Positions 25,657 to 33,899 of a stretch of 63,426 nt of DNA are shown piece by piece (the first letter of the stretch is position 1; each line of letters begins with the position of its first letter). Origin of the DNA: Patescibacteria group bacterium UBA4473 (GTDB lineage Bacteria; Patescibacteriota; Gracilibacteria; UBA4473); NCBI GenBank assembly GCA_002389285.1, contig DGOF01000029.1:1-63426 (forward strand), in the 5' to 3' direction. A program made the translations under genes and the position numbers. The notes under the pieces were generated by a model that was not told the origin of the DNA, did no database searches, and saw nothing but the letters and a program-made list of their open reading frames with translations.

Positions 25657-27012
25657 ATGAACATAAAAAATAAAGGTCTTTGGTTGTTTTTCTTGAGCTG
25701 TATTTGGGGCGTCCCGGTGCACGCGAGTTTGGGAGATGATATTAATGCGTTGATTGATACGTTTTTTGGTGATGACAAAAGGGATGAACCGGCTTTAGAT
25801 AATCCGATGCCACCGGTTATAGTCCCGGTATTAGATCTTCCTAAAGATCCGACGCCGGAAGATTTAGCACAGCTAAAAGCCGACATTGTTCGTCAGGAGG
25901 CGGAACTTTCTACGGTTGAAGATGGGATTCGGTTTTCACAGGGTCGTGCACAGGCATTGGATCGGGATCAACATCAGCTTGAATCGCAGATCATGCTTCT
26001 GGATCAGGAATTAAGCATTACGAACAAAAAGCTTTCGCTTTTATTGGAGCAAGAGACGAATTGGAAGCAAACACTTGAGGCACTGACAAGAGAGAAACAT
26101 GAATTAACGTCTCGACTTCGTGTCGTAAAGCGGGAATGGAATCGTGACATGAACACAAAAATTGTTCGAGCTGAGGTTTTTGGTTTATCGGAAGAAACAG
26201 CCCTTATTCAATGGATTTTTTCGCCTAAAACAGTTTCTCAAATTTTGGAAGAACAGCATTTGTCTCGTCAGCATTTGGCGTCTCAAGAACAGGATATTTA
26301 TCAGTTAGAACTTCTGGAACGATCGTTATCGGGCAAAGAACAAAAGGCGGCTTTTTTATTGGCGCATGTATCGACGCTTCGGCAAAGAATTCGAGAACAA
26401 CATGTGATTTTGAAACGTTTTACCGATCAAAAAGCGCAATTGCTCACCGAGCTTCGAAAGGAGTCGGGGAAAGAAGAAAAATCTTTGATAGCGCATCAGT
26501 ATCAGCAGGAAGAATTGTCACTGTATCTTCGAAGTTTGTATGAGGGCCAACAAAAAATTGAAAACAAAATTTCGTCTTTATTGGTTCCTGATCAGAAGCT
26601 TTTTCAGCCGCCCTTAGCAGGAGATTTATTGGTGACAGCGGGATTTCATGATGCGGCGTATCAGGCGGCAGTGGGGAAGGTTCATGAGGGGATTGATTGG
26701 GAAGTTGTTTCGGGGACGCCCGTGTTGGCGGCATCGAGTGGCACCGTAAAAAAAATATCGCATACGGGACTGGGTTATAGCTATGTGATTCTTGATCACG
26801 GTGAGGGGCTCTATACGATTTATGGACATCTTTCAAAAATCCTGATTCTTGAAGATCAGGCGGTTGAGGTGGGGGATCGGATAGCGCTGACAGGTGGAGA
26901 TCCGGGATCCGAAGGGGCCGGGGCTTTTACGACGGGGCCTCATCTACATTTTGAAGTTTTTCACGGGGGTGAGTATCAAGATCCCGCTTCGTATTTTAAA
27001 AGTGAAAAGTAA
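25657..27012 (+). CDS. M23-family peptidoglycan DD-endopeptidase with coiled coil (EnvC/MepM-like)
   Basis: Signal peptide, long coiled coil, HEGID, YGHLS, TGPHLHFEV; start placed at MNIKNK. Confidence 0.9.
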   Translation: MNIKNKGLWLFFLSCIWGVPVHASLGDDINALIDTFFGDDKRDEPALDNPMPPVIVPVLDLPKDPTPEDLAQLKADIVRQEAELSTVEDGIRFSQGRAQALDRDQHQLESQIMLLDQELSITNKKLSLLLEQETNWKQTLEALTREKHELTSRLRVVKREWNRDMNTKIVRAEVFGLSEETALIQWIFSPKTVSQILEEQHLSRQHLASQEQDIYQLELLERSLSGKEQKAAFLLAHVSTLRQRIREQHVILKRFTDQKAQLLTELRKESGKEEKSLIAHQYQQEELSLYLRSLYEGQQKIENKISSLLVPDQKLFQPPLAGDLLVTAGFHDAAYQAAVGKVHEGIDWEVVSGTPVLAASSGTVKKISHTGLGYSYVILDHGEGLYTIYGHLSKILILEDQAVEVGDRIALTGGDPGSEGAGAFTTGPHLHFEVFHGGEYQDPASYFKSEK

Positions 27013-27017
27013 AATTG

Positions 27018-27467
27018 TTAGTCGATAGTCGCGATTGCTCTTTTGACCTGGGCTACTATATCCGTCATTGCTGGTGGTTTTTGAATGACGGAAACCCCTC
27101 TTTCTTTGGCATAGCGGATGCCTTCGCCTGGAATTCCGGGATCATCCGCATACTTTGCGGTTATGAGGAGTATTTGTTCGGTGCGAAGCTGCATCGTGTC
27201 GAGGGCGTATCGAATCGCTTTGTGTCCAGATATCTCATCGGTGGGAAACTCTTCATCTCGTTCTGGATATTCGCCATCGGTGGAGAGGAGGACTACGCGT
27301 TGTGTTTCTGGGTCAAAGGCGGTTCCATCGATTAATTTTTCAAGGGTCTCTAAGACGATGACGGTTGAGATACCCGCATGTTCTATGAATATTCTTAGGA
27401 GCGTGGCCACGATAGGGGTATCCTCTAGTACAATGGCGATGTCTTCTCGAGGGGCTTGTTCAGGCAT
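27018..27467 (-). CDS. Stand-alone CheY-like receiver domain protein (divergent)
   Basis: IVLEDTPIV, VVLLSTDGEYP, ILLITA, IQKP: receiver-domain motif spacing. Confidence 0.6.
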   Translation of the reverse strand: MPEQAPREDIAIVLEDTPIVATLLRIFIEHAGISTVIVLETLEKLIDGTAFDPETQRVVLLSTDGEYPERDEEFPTDEISGHKAIRYALDTMQLRTEQILLITAKYADDPGIPGEGIRYAKERGVSVIQKPPAMTDIVAQVKRAIATID

Positions 27468-27550
27468 GGAAAAAAGTATAAGTTCGAAATTCTTATAATT
27501 ATTTATTTAAAAATGTCAAAAACATATGTCAATATCGCTCTTCGGCGGGG

Positions 27551-27847
27551 TTAAGATTTCTGAATGTGGATGTTTTTGACTTTGTGGGGGAGGTCGAGGC
27601 TTTCGAGGGCTTCAAGAATTTCATGTGTACGCATAAAGAGTTCTGATGAAGCAGCAGAATTCGCAACTTTAATGGAAAGTTTTCCCGCTTCAAAGTTGTT
27701 GGCGTGCCACTGAGAGGCTTGCGCCTTATATTCTTGAACAATAAAGTTGTTCACGCGGGTGCAGATCAGGGCTGAGTTTGCCTGACGCGTGAGGCGATAT
27801 TTGTTGGTGGCAAGGGAGAGAAGATTTCCGGCAGATTCAAAAGACAT
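27551..27847 (-). CDS. DciA/DUF721-family protein
   Basis: FEAGKLSIKVANSAASSELFMRTHEILEAL matches the DUF721 pattern. Confidence 0.7.
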   Translation of the reverse strand: MSFESAGNLLSLATNKYRLTRQANSALICTRVNNFIVQEYKAQASQWHANNFEAGKLSIKVANSAASSELFMRTHEILEALESLDLPHKVKNIHIQKS

Positions 27848-27900
27848 AGCACCCATCAATATAGTCTTCCGTGGGGAGACTTCAACTTTTGTTTGAGCGT

Positions 27901-29493
27901 CTATGTTTCGATTTCGATTTTTGGAGGGGGCGTCTTGAAAAAGAATTCATGACAAAAATCACGAAGTGCCTCTGGAAAATCAGGATTAGTTACGCCGTTC
28001 ATGCGTTCGAGAAAAAAAGCACTTCCCATTTTTGAAAGACATTCGACCAGGATTGCGTGGTGAAGGATTGTGCCTTCGGTGGGAAATCCATAGGTTTTGG
28101 TAAATTCCTGAATTTTTTTGGCCATGGTTTGAGGTCCGAGTACCGTTTGAATAGATTTAAAACGTTCACGGTCTTTTTGGTAGGCCTGTCTTGCAAAGTG
28201 TTGCATAGCTTTTTCCATGAAAATAGGAAGATATTGATCCCAATGTTTATTGAGTAATGCAATGTCTAGATTCGAGATCGTCGAACCTCTTGATCCCTCC
28301 AAAAATCTTCTAAAACTTGATGTTTGGTGACACTGTTTTCTGTGTCGGTCTTGAAGGTGCATAGCCGTGAGTCGTTGATTTTGAAGGGGCGGAATTTCTT
28401 CGCAGTCCCCCCAAAAAAGAGAGAAAAATTGCTGATAACTGCCGCGAAAAACTTCAGCGATTCTTAGAAGTGTCACTTGGCCTTCTTTTGTGGGGGCAAC
28501 TTTTTTTATGGTATGGGGAAAGGTTTGGACGCCGAGAATGGACTCTAATTCCTGAGCGACTCGTTCAAAATCTGTTTGGGGGGCGTCGTTTGGTTTTATG
28601 TTTTTGGGGATTTTTTTTATTATTGTATGTATCTGAACGCGCATTTCAGTCCGAAATCTTAGGTTTTCATCAGAGAAGCTTCTTTCTTTTTGTCGTGAAA
28701 AAAAATCATGATATTTTCTTGTTGTTGGAATGAGGTGAATTTTATTTTGATCGTAGTAGTATACGCCTCTTTCGTGAAAGAGAATATGTTCGATATGTTC
28801 GGGAAGTTCTTGGTTCAAGAGAATGAGAAGGAGTTCTCGTACATTGATACCTGAGACAGTATTCATGTCTCTGGATTCATAGATTTCATAGAGAGGAGGA
28901 AGAGGCGTGGTGGAGTTTGAAGGGAGTATCTGTTGAAGGGTGTCCCTTTCTTCTCCGATGAAGACGAATTGTTCTTCCCAAAATGTGTTGAGGTCTCTTT
29001 TTCTGTCTCGTGAAAGTCTGCGGACAAATTTATCACTTGATCGTTTCATGCTTCCCTCTGGATTGACCAGTATATGCGCTTCCATTTGATCAATCATTTG
29101 TTGGATCGGCTGGATGTAGGGCGCTGTTTCTCTGGGAAAAGGTCGGGGAGATTTTCGGTGTTCCTTTTTCCATTCTTTCTTTTCGGAGTCACTCATTGGG
29201 AGTCCGAATGTAAGTCCTGCTGGGGAGCATTCTATGTCTAATACGGGATTGGCCGTCGGGGGAATTCTTTTACAAAGGCTTACGAGATAGACTTCGTGAC
29301 TTGTTGAGCGAGCGACTTCTTGGGTTTCATTTTCAAATTCACTGATCTTTTTTCGACCTTCTGTAAAGGAGGCGAGGGATGTACATTGCTTTGTCAGAGC
29401 TTCAAGTTGCTGGACGCCCTCTTGGTGTTCGGCTTCAAAAATCTCTTTGACTTGATCATAGACGTCTCTATTGTTGGGGGTCATATCGATCAA
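27901..29493 (-). CDS. Hypothetical protein
   Basis: 530-aa ORF with no recognisable motif; overlaps the end of the upstream gene. Confidence 0.65.
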   Translation of the reverse strand: MIDMTPNNRDVYDQVKEIFEAEHQEGVQQLEALTKQCTSLASFTEGRKKISEFENETQEVARSTSHEVYLVSLCKRIPPTANPVLDIECSPAGLTFGLPMSDSEKKEWKKEHRKSPRPFPRETAPYIQPIQQMIDQMEAHILVNPEGSMKRSSDKFVRRLSRDRKRDLNTFWEEQFVFIGEERDTLQQILPSNSTTPLPPLYEIYESRDMNTVSGINVRELLLILLNQELPEHIEHILFHERGVYYYDQNKIHLIPTTRKYHDFFSRQKERSFSDENLRFRTEMRVQIHTIIKKIPKNIKPNDAPQTDFERVAQELESILGVQTFPHTIKKVAPTKEGQVTLLRIAEVFRGSYQQFFSLFWGDCEEIPPLQNQRLTAMHLQDRHRKQCHQTSSFRRFLEGSRGSTISNLDIALLNKHWDQYLPIFMEKAMQHFARQAYQKDRERFKSIQTVLGPQTMAKKIQEFTKTYGFPTEGTILHHAILVECLSKMGSAFFLERMNGVTNPDFPEALRDFCHEFFFKTPPPKIEIET

Positions 29494-32116
29494 GGATATG
29501 GAGGATTGCTGGGAAGATATCAGTACAACATTCGTTCTCTGAAATTTCTTGTTCGACTTTTTTGATAAAGGTGCTTCGTTCTTCTGGGGATTGATTCCAG
29601 TATTCCTTCATCCAGTCTTCATTTTTTTTGGGACTTGTTGAAAATAGGACTTGTTCGTCTTCTGGAGACAGTTCTTCAATAACAATAAGGTTCAGGACTT
29701 GGATGGTATTCCAAGCTCTTTTTTCCTGCTCGCTAAACAGTCTGTTCGCCCGCCTTTTATCAAGACAGAGTATCGTATTGATCTCGTGTGTGGCGGCTTG
29801 AATATCCATAGAGGTTGGTATGAATTCACGGGTCATCGCATCCAAAAGATCCATATTCTCAATTTCTGCATTTTCGACTTTCTTAACATACTCGTTTTGA
29901 AACGTATCCAAACGTTGTTTCATGGCCTTCGCCTTCTCTGCTGTGACGGCTCGGGGACGTGAAAGTATAGTGATGTGGTCCGCTCGTATTTCGTGGAATC
30001 GTTCTGAGGCGATCCTTATTTCATTTTGAGTTGTTGTAACGGCTTCGAGGATTATGTTTTGGAGTCCGGCTTGCGTGGTTCTTTCTTCCATCAAATGAGC
30101 ATCGGTAGTGATATTGTTGATCCAAGTTGCCCACTCTTGTAAGAGGGTTTCTTGACGTTCAAACACAGCTTTTGCTTCTGGGATAAGTGTTTCAAGGGTT
30201 CCTTGTGGATATTTTTTGAAAAAAGGATCTTTTTCATCTTCATCATTATCTTCTTCTGGGGGAGTATTTATGACGATCGTAGGTTGATTAGGAAGGAGAA
30301 TGGATTCGTCTTCATGAGGAATATAGGAATCGATTATTTCTAAAAACTCGACGAGAACCGGCGCGTGTTGCGTTGGGAGTCCTTTGTCCCAGAGTGCATT
30401 CTGATGAAAAGCGGATTCTATTTTTGTTTTCAAATCGTTTCTCATGGTAGCGCGTTCTTCCTCAGAGGCTTCGTAATAACGAATCAAGGCTTTAACGCCT
30501 ATTTGTTGATTTATTCCTATAGAACGAGAGCTATTTAGATACTTTGGATTTTCTTCGGCCAAAACTTCAAAGAATGTATTGAGGATAGAGGTTTGGGTGA
30601 TGGTTTTTTGCGCAATTTTTGCGGATCTTTTAGTCGGCGTAACATCATGCATACGAGCCTTGATTTCGTTTAATGCACAAGGGATGTCACCGGGGGTTCT
30701 TTTATATTCTGCTGCCGCGAGTTCAGACAATGTTTCATTTTTTCCGTTGTCACCTTGTCTATTGGAGGTGAGGAGGTTCATATCATCCTTATAGGTATTG
30801 TAGGTCTCTCGAAAGAGTTTCACTTGTGACTCAGTGAGTCGTTGTTGGAGATGGGCCTGCCCGACCATAGAGGCGAGAATGATTTTCTTTTCTTTTTTTC
30901 TTTTGATAGCATTAGTTACCTTTTTGAACTCTTCTGGATCGGCTTGGTCTTCGGGTTTCCCCAGAAGAATTTCAGCCCAGGTTTTGCCGCTGGCGGCTAT
31001 TTTTTGTTGTAATTCAAAATCAAATCGCAGGAGATCTTCACCGATTGGGGCGAGTTCTTCTGCGTTTTGTTCTAGTTGTTGGGGGATCATCTGGGTTTGT
31101 GCTTCGAGTAAAACCTTGAGGTCTAAAAGATTGTAGATAGGTTTATCGAGGGATGTCGGACTAATAACGGAGTATCTCAGGCCCTTCGGGATAAGGGGAA
31201 GATTCCGATTGGTTAGATGAGGGATCGCTTGCAAAAGTCCCTGAACCAGTTGCATAATGCTTGCTTGTGTTGGCGTATAGGATTTTTTGTTTTTATCGGC
31301 TTCGGTAAGAGCGTCCCGAACTCTTCGCAGTCGACTCAGTAATTCGTCATCGAGGTTTTTTCGATAGTGATAGGTCAGAGCTTGATCCAAGAGGGGTTGT
31401 ATATCTTTGATTAACTGTGCGGTTGTTTTATCTGCTTCGGTTTCTGATATTTGAGCGAGTTGGGTAATCTGAGGCATCGTGAGATCCTCAAGAGTGAATT
31501 TTGGATGGAGCTCTTGAATTATTTCTACGGACTCTGTTATTTTCACTGGAATTGCTGCGCCCTGTTCTTTGAGGATATAAAAGGTTTGTTCGTCTTGATC
31601 CGTGCTTGTTTCGGCGGTTGCGAGTGCGGTGGTGCCTGAGGGGGAAGCAAAAAAGGTAGCGCTCTCTGTTTCAACATCGTTGGCTGAGGTTTGGATTGTT
31701 TTTTCTGGTGTCTCATCGGGAGGCGTTTCGTCTGATTTGACATCTTTTTGTCGCTCGTTTAACCAGATGATATTCTTTTGGTGTTGTTTTGCGGCGGCAG
31801 ATATTTGTTTGACAGAGGTGTAATCAGCGGCATCTAAAGCCGCATTTATGTGTTCTGTTTGTGATTCGACGAGGGCACTGGTTTCTCTTACCAACTCAGC
31901 AATAGCTTTATTGCGTAAGGCTTCGCTACTTTCAAGTAATGTTGCATATTGTTCAAGGGCATCAAAATCTTGTTCGTTGGAGGCTTGTCTTGCCAGTTCT
32001 TTTGTTCGTTGTGTGAGTTTTTCTGTTTTTTTGGAAATAGCCGATTCAAGCCCTTCGGGAGACGAAGGATCTGGAAAGTTTTCTTCAAGAGGTTCAATAG
32101 TAGGAGTTGTTGCCAT
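29468..32116 (-). CDS. Large helical hypothetical protein
   Basis: 882-aa ORF, coiled-coil rich, no recognisable motif. Confidence 0.7.
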   Translation of the reverse strand: MATTPTIEPLEENFPDPSSPEGLESAISKKTEKLTQRTKELARQASNEQDFDALEQYATLLESSEALRNKAIAELVRETSALVESQTEHINAALDAADYTSVKQISAAAKQHQKNIIWLNERQKDVKSDETPPDETPEKTIQTSANDVETESATFFASPSGTTALATAETSTDQDEQTFYILKEQGAAIPVKITESVEIIQELHPKFTLEDLTMPQITQLAQISETEADKTTAQLIKDIQPLLDQALTYHYRKNLDDELLSRLRRVRDALTEADKNKKSYTPTQASIMQLVQGLLQAIPHLTNRNLPLIPKGLRYSVISPTSLDKPIYNLLDLKVLLEAQTQMIPQQLEQNAEELAPIGEDLLRFDFELQQKIAASGKTWAEILLGKPEDQADPEEFKKVTNAIKRKKEKKIILASMVGQAHLQQRLTESQVKLFRETYNTYKDDMNLLTSNRQGDNGKNETLSELAAAEYKRTPGDIPCALNEIKARMHDVTPTKRSAKIAQKTITQTSILNTFFEVLAEENPKYLNSSRSIGINQQIGVKALIRYYEASEEERATMRNDLKTKIESAFHQNALWDKGLPTQHAPVLVEFLEIIDSYIPHEDESILLPNQPTIVINTPPEEDNDEDEKDPFFKKYPQGTLETLIPEAKAVFERQETLLQEWATWINNITTDAHLMEERTTQAGLQNIILEAVTTTQNEIRIASERFHEIRADHITILSRPRAVTAEKAKAMKQRLDTFQNEYVKKVENAEIENMDLLDAMTREFIPTSMDIQAATHEINTILCLDKRRANRLFSEQEKRAWNTIQVLNLIVIEELSPEDEQVLFSTSPKKNEDWMKEYWNQSPEERSTFIKKVEQEISENECCTDIFPAILHILDRYDPQQ

Positions 32117-32210
32117 GGTGTGTGGAAAAATAAAGAAAGAGAAAAGCGAGAAGAATATTAATCACAGTCCTTCTACTTACTTTACCACAAAAGTCAACCC
32201 CTTGTCAATC

Positions 32211-32822
32211 TTATTCGCTTTTTATCATGGAAAAGGGGGATTTTCTAGTGATTTCTCTCATCATGTTTCCCATCTTCATAACCGGAATGCCGATAATATT
32301 CTGAAAATCGCCCTGTATATTTTCAAGAAAAAAAATACCGGTCCCTAAAATAGAGTAGGCGCCGCACTTGCCGGCCCAGTCGCCAAATTCGAGATATTTT
32401 TTGATTTGGCAGTTGCTTATGTCATTGCGAAATTTTACAGAAGAAGATTCGAAATCTACTTTTTCGAAATATTGACCTTTGTGGTTTCCTATCAAGGCGA
32501 GTCCGGTCGTAACTTTTTGGGGTTTGCCCACAAAGCTTTGAATCATTTCAAAAGCTGCTTTTTTAGTTTTAGCTTTGCCGATACTGCCCCCTTCAAAATC
32601 AATCATTGAATCAAAGCCAAGAATCAAGACGTCTGATTCTTGTTTGTATTTTTCATAGACCGATTTTGCTTTTCCTAGCGCAAATTCTTGAACTTGTTCG
32701 GTGGGTGATTGATCGGGGATGATGACTTCTTCGTAGTCGGGCGGGGTGACTTCAAATGATATTCCCATACGAGTGAGGAGTTCCGCGCGATTGGGAGAGC
32801 TGGAAGCGAGAATGAGGCGCAT
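32211..32822 (-). CDS. maf: Maf-family nucleoside triphosphate pyrophosphatase
   Basis: MRLILASSSPNRAELL, ALGKAKS, GFDS, GKCGAYSI, NIIGIP; start placed at MRLIL. Confidence 0.92.
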   Translation of the reverse strand: MRLILASSSPNRAELLTRMGISFEVTPPDYEEVIIPDQSPTEQVQEFALGKAKSVYEKYKQESDVLILGFDSMIDFEGGSIGKAKTKKAAFEMIQSFVGKPQKVTTGLALIGNHKGQYFEKVDFESSSVKFRNDISNCQIKKYLEFGDWAGKCGAYSILGTGIFFLENIQGDFQNIIGIPVMKMGNMMREITRKSPFSMIKSE

Positions 32823-32827
32823 AGGGA

Positions 32828-33607
32828 TCAGTGAACAGCGATCAGTACTATCAGGCCGAGGATAAAACAATAAGGGGCAAAGTAAATCCATTTTTTCTCG
32901 ACGAGTTTGACCATCCAGGTCATGGCTACGATGGCAGCGAGGAATGACATCACACACGCAAGAAGGACTTGAGGTGTTATGAGGAGCATTTCGCCTTGTT
33001 GTATCCAAGAATAGATAAGGGCGGCAAGGATCGTTGGAATGGCGAGAAGAAATGATATCTCTGCGGCATGTCGACGCTTGAGTCCTGAAAAGATCAAAAA
33101 GGCAATCGTAATACCCGATCGAGATATACCGGGGATAGGGGCGAATCCTTGGACTAATCCGAGGAAAATCGCCATACGCCAGGAAAATCCGCGTTCGGTT
33201 TTGGGGCGGTATTGTTCGGCTATGAGAATAAATACGCCGGTGATAATAAGCGTCTTGGCAACAAGGTCGGGCGTGAGGAGTTGATCAAAATAGATTTGAA
33301 TAACATAGGCAAGAGGAAAGGTCATGAAGGTCGCGGCCAGGAGCTTGAGGCCGAGTATTCCGTAACTTCGCGAGCCTTGTGAGCTTCCTAATAAATGCAT
33401 CCAACCTTTGAGGATGAGGTGTATTTTTTTTTGAAAGAGAAGGATTACGGCCAGCAGGCTCGCACCATGAAGAAGAATTTCAAAATGAAGATTGGGCATG
33501 ATATTCCAAAAATGTTCGACCAAAAAAAGATGTCCACTCGAAGAGATGGGAAGAAATTCGGTAAATCCTTGGATCGTTCCGAGTGTGAGCGCCTGAAAAT
33601 AGTCCAT
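32828..33607 (-). CDS. uppP: Undecaprenyl-diphosphatase (BacA)
   Basis: GTIQGFTEFLPISSSGHL, PGISRSGIT, SFLLAIP. Confidence 0.95.
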   Translation of the reverse strand: MDYFQALTLGTIQGFTEFLPISSSGHLFLVEHFWNIMPNLHFEILLHGASLLAVILLFQKKIHLILKGWMHLLGSSQGSRSYGILGLKLLAATFMTFPLAYVIQIYFDQLLTPDLVAKTLIITGVFILIAEQYRPKTERGFSWRMAIFLGLVQGFAPIPGISRSGITIAFLIFSGLKRRHAAEISFLLAIPTILAALIYSWIQQGEMLLITPQVLLACVMSFLAAIVAMTWMVKLVEKKWIYFAPYCFILGLIVLIAVH

Positions 33608-33768
33608 ACGGAAAATATTATAGGGGTTTTCCTGGTGCGTGACCAGGGTCTTGTTTGCGGATGTTTTTCATAAGGCAAGTGTTAAAATAAGGCCTTAATA
33701 AGCTACAAAAAGAGGAAATGATTATTGAATAATGAGTTGTTTATTGGAGCAAGGGGAAAGCTTTGACA

Positions 33769-33816
33769 GCACAATATATAGTGCTTATGATTGAGTTCGC
33801 ACACAATATGTTGTGT
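33769..33816 (+). promoter_or_regulatory. Tandem NrdR boxes overlapping the nrdAB promoter
   Basis: GCACAATATATAGTGC (33769-33784) and ACACAATATGTTGTGT (33801-33816), 32 bp apart; the first lies within TTGACA-N17-TATGAT. Confidence 0.85.
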
Positions 33817-33899
33817 CATCGAGTCTTGCCATTCCCTTGGGGAAAGGCTTTAAGGGCTCGTTATACTCGCCCCCTTTTTTTCACCCCTATATTTTTATT

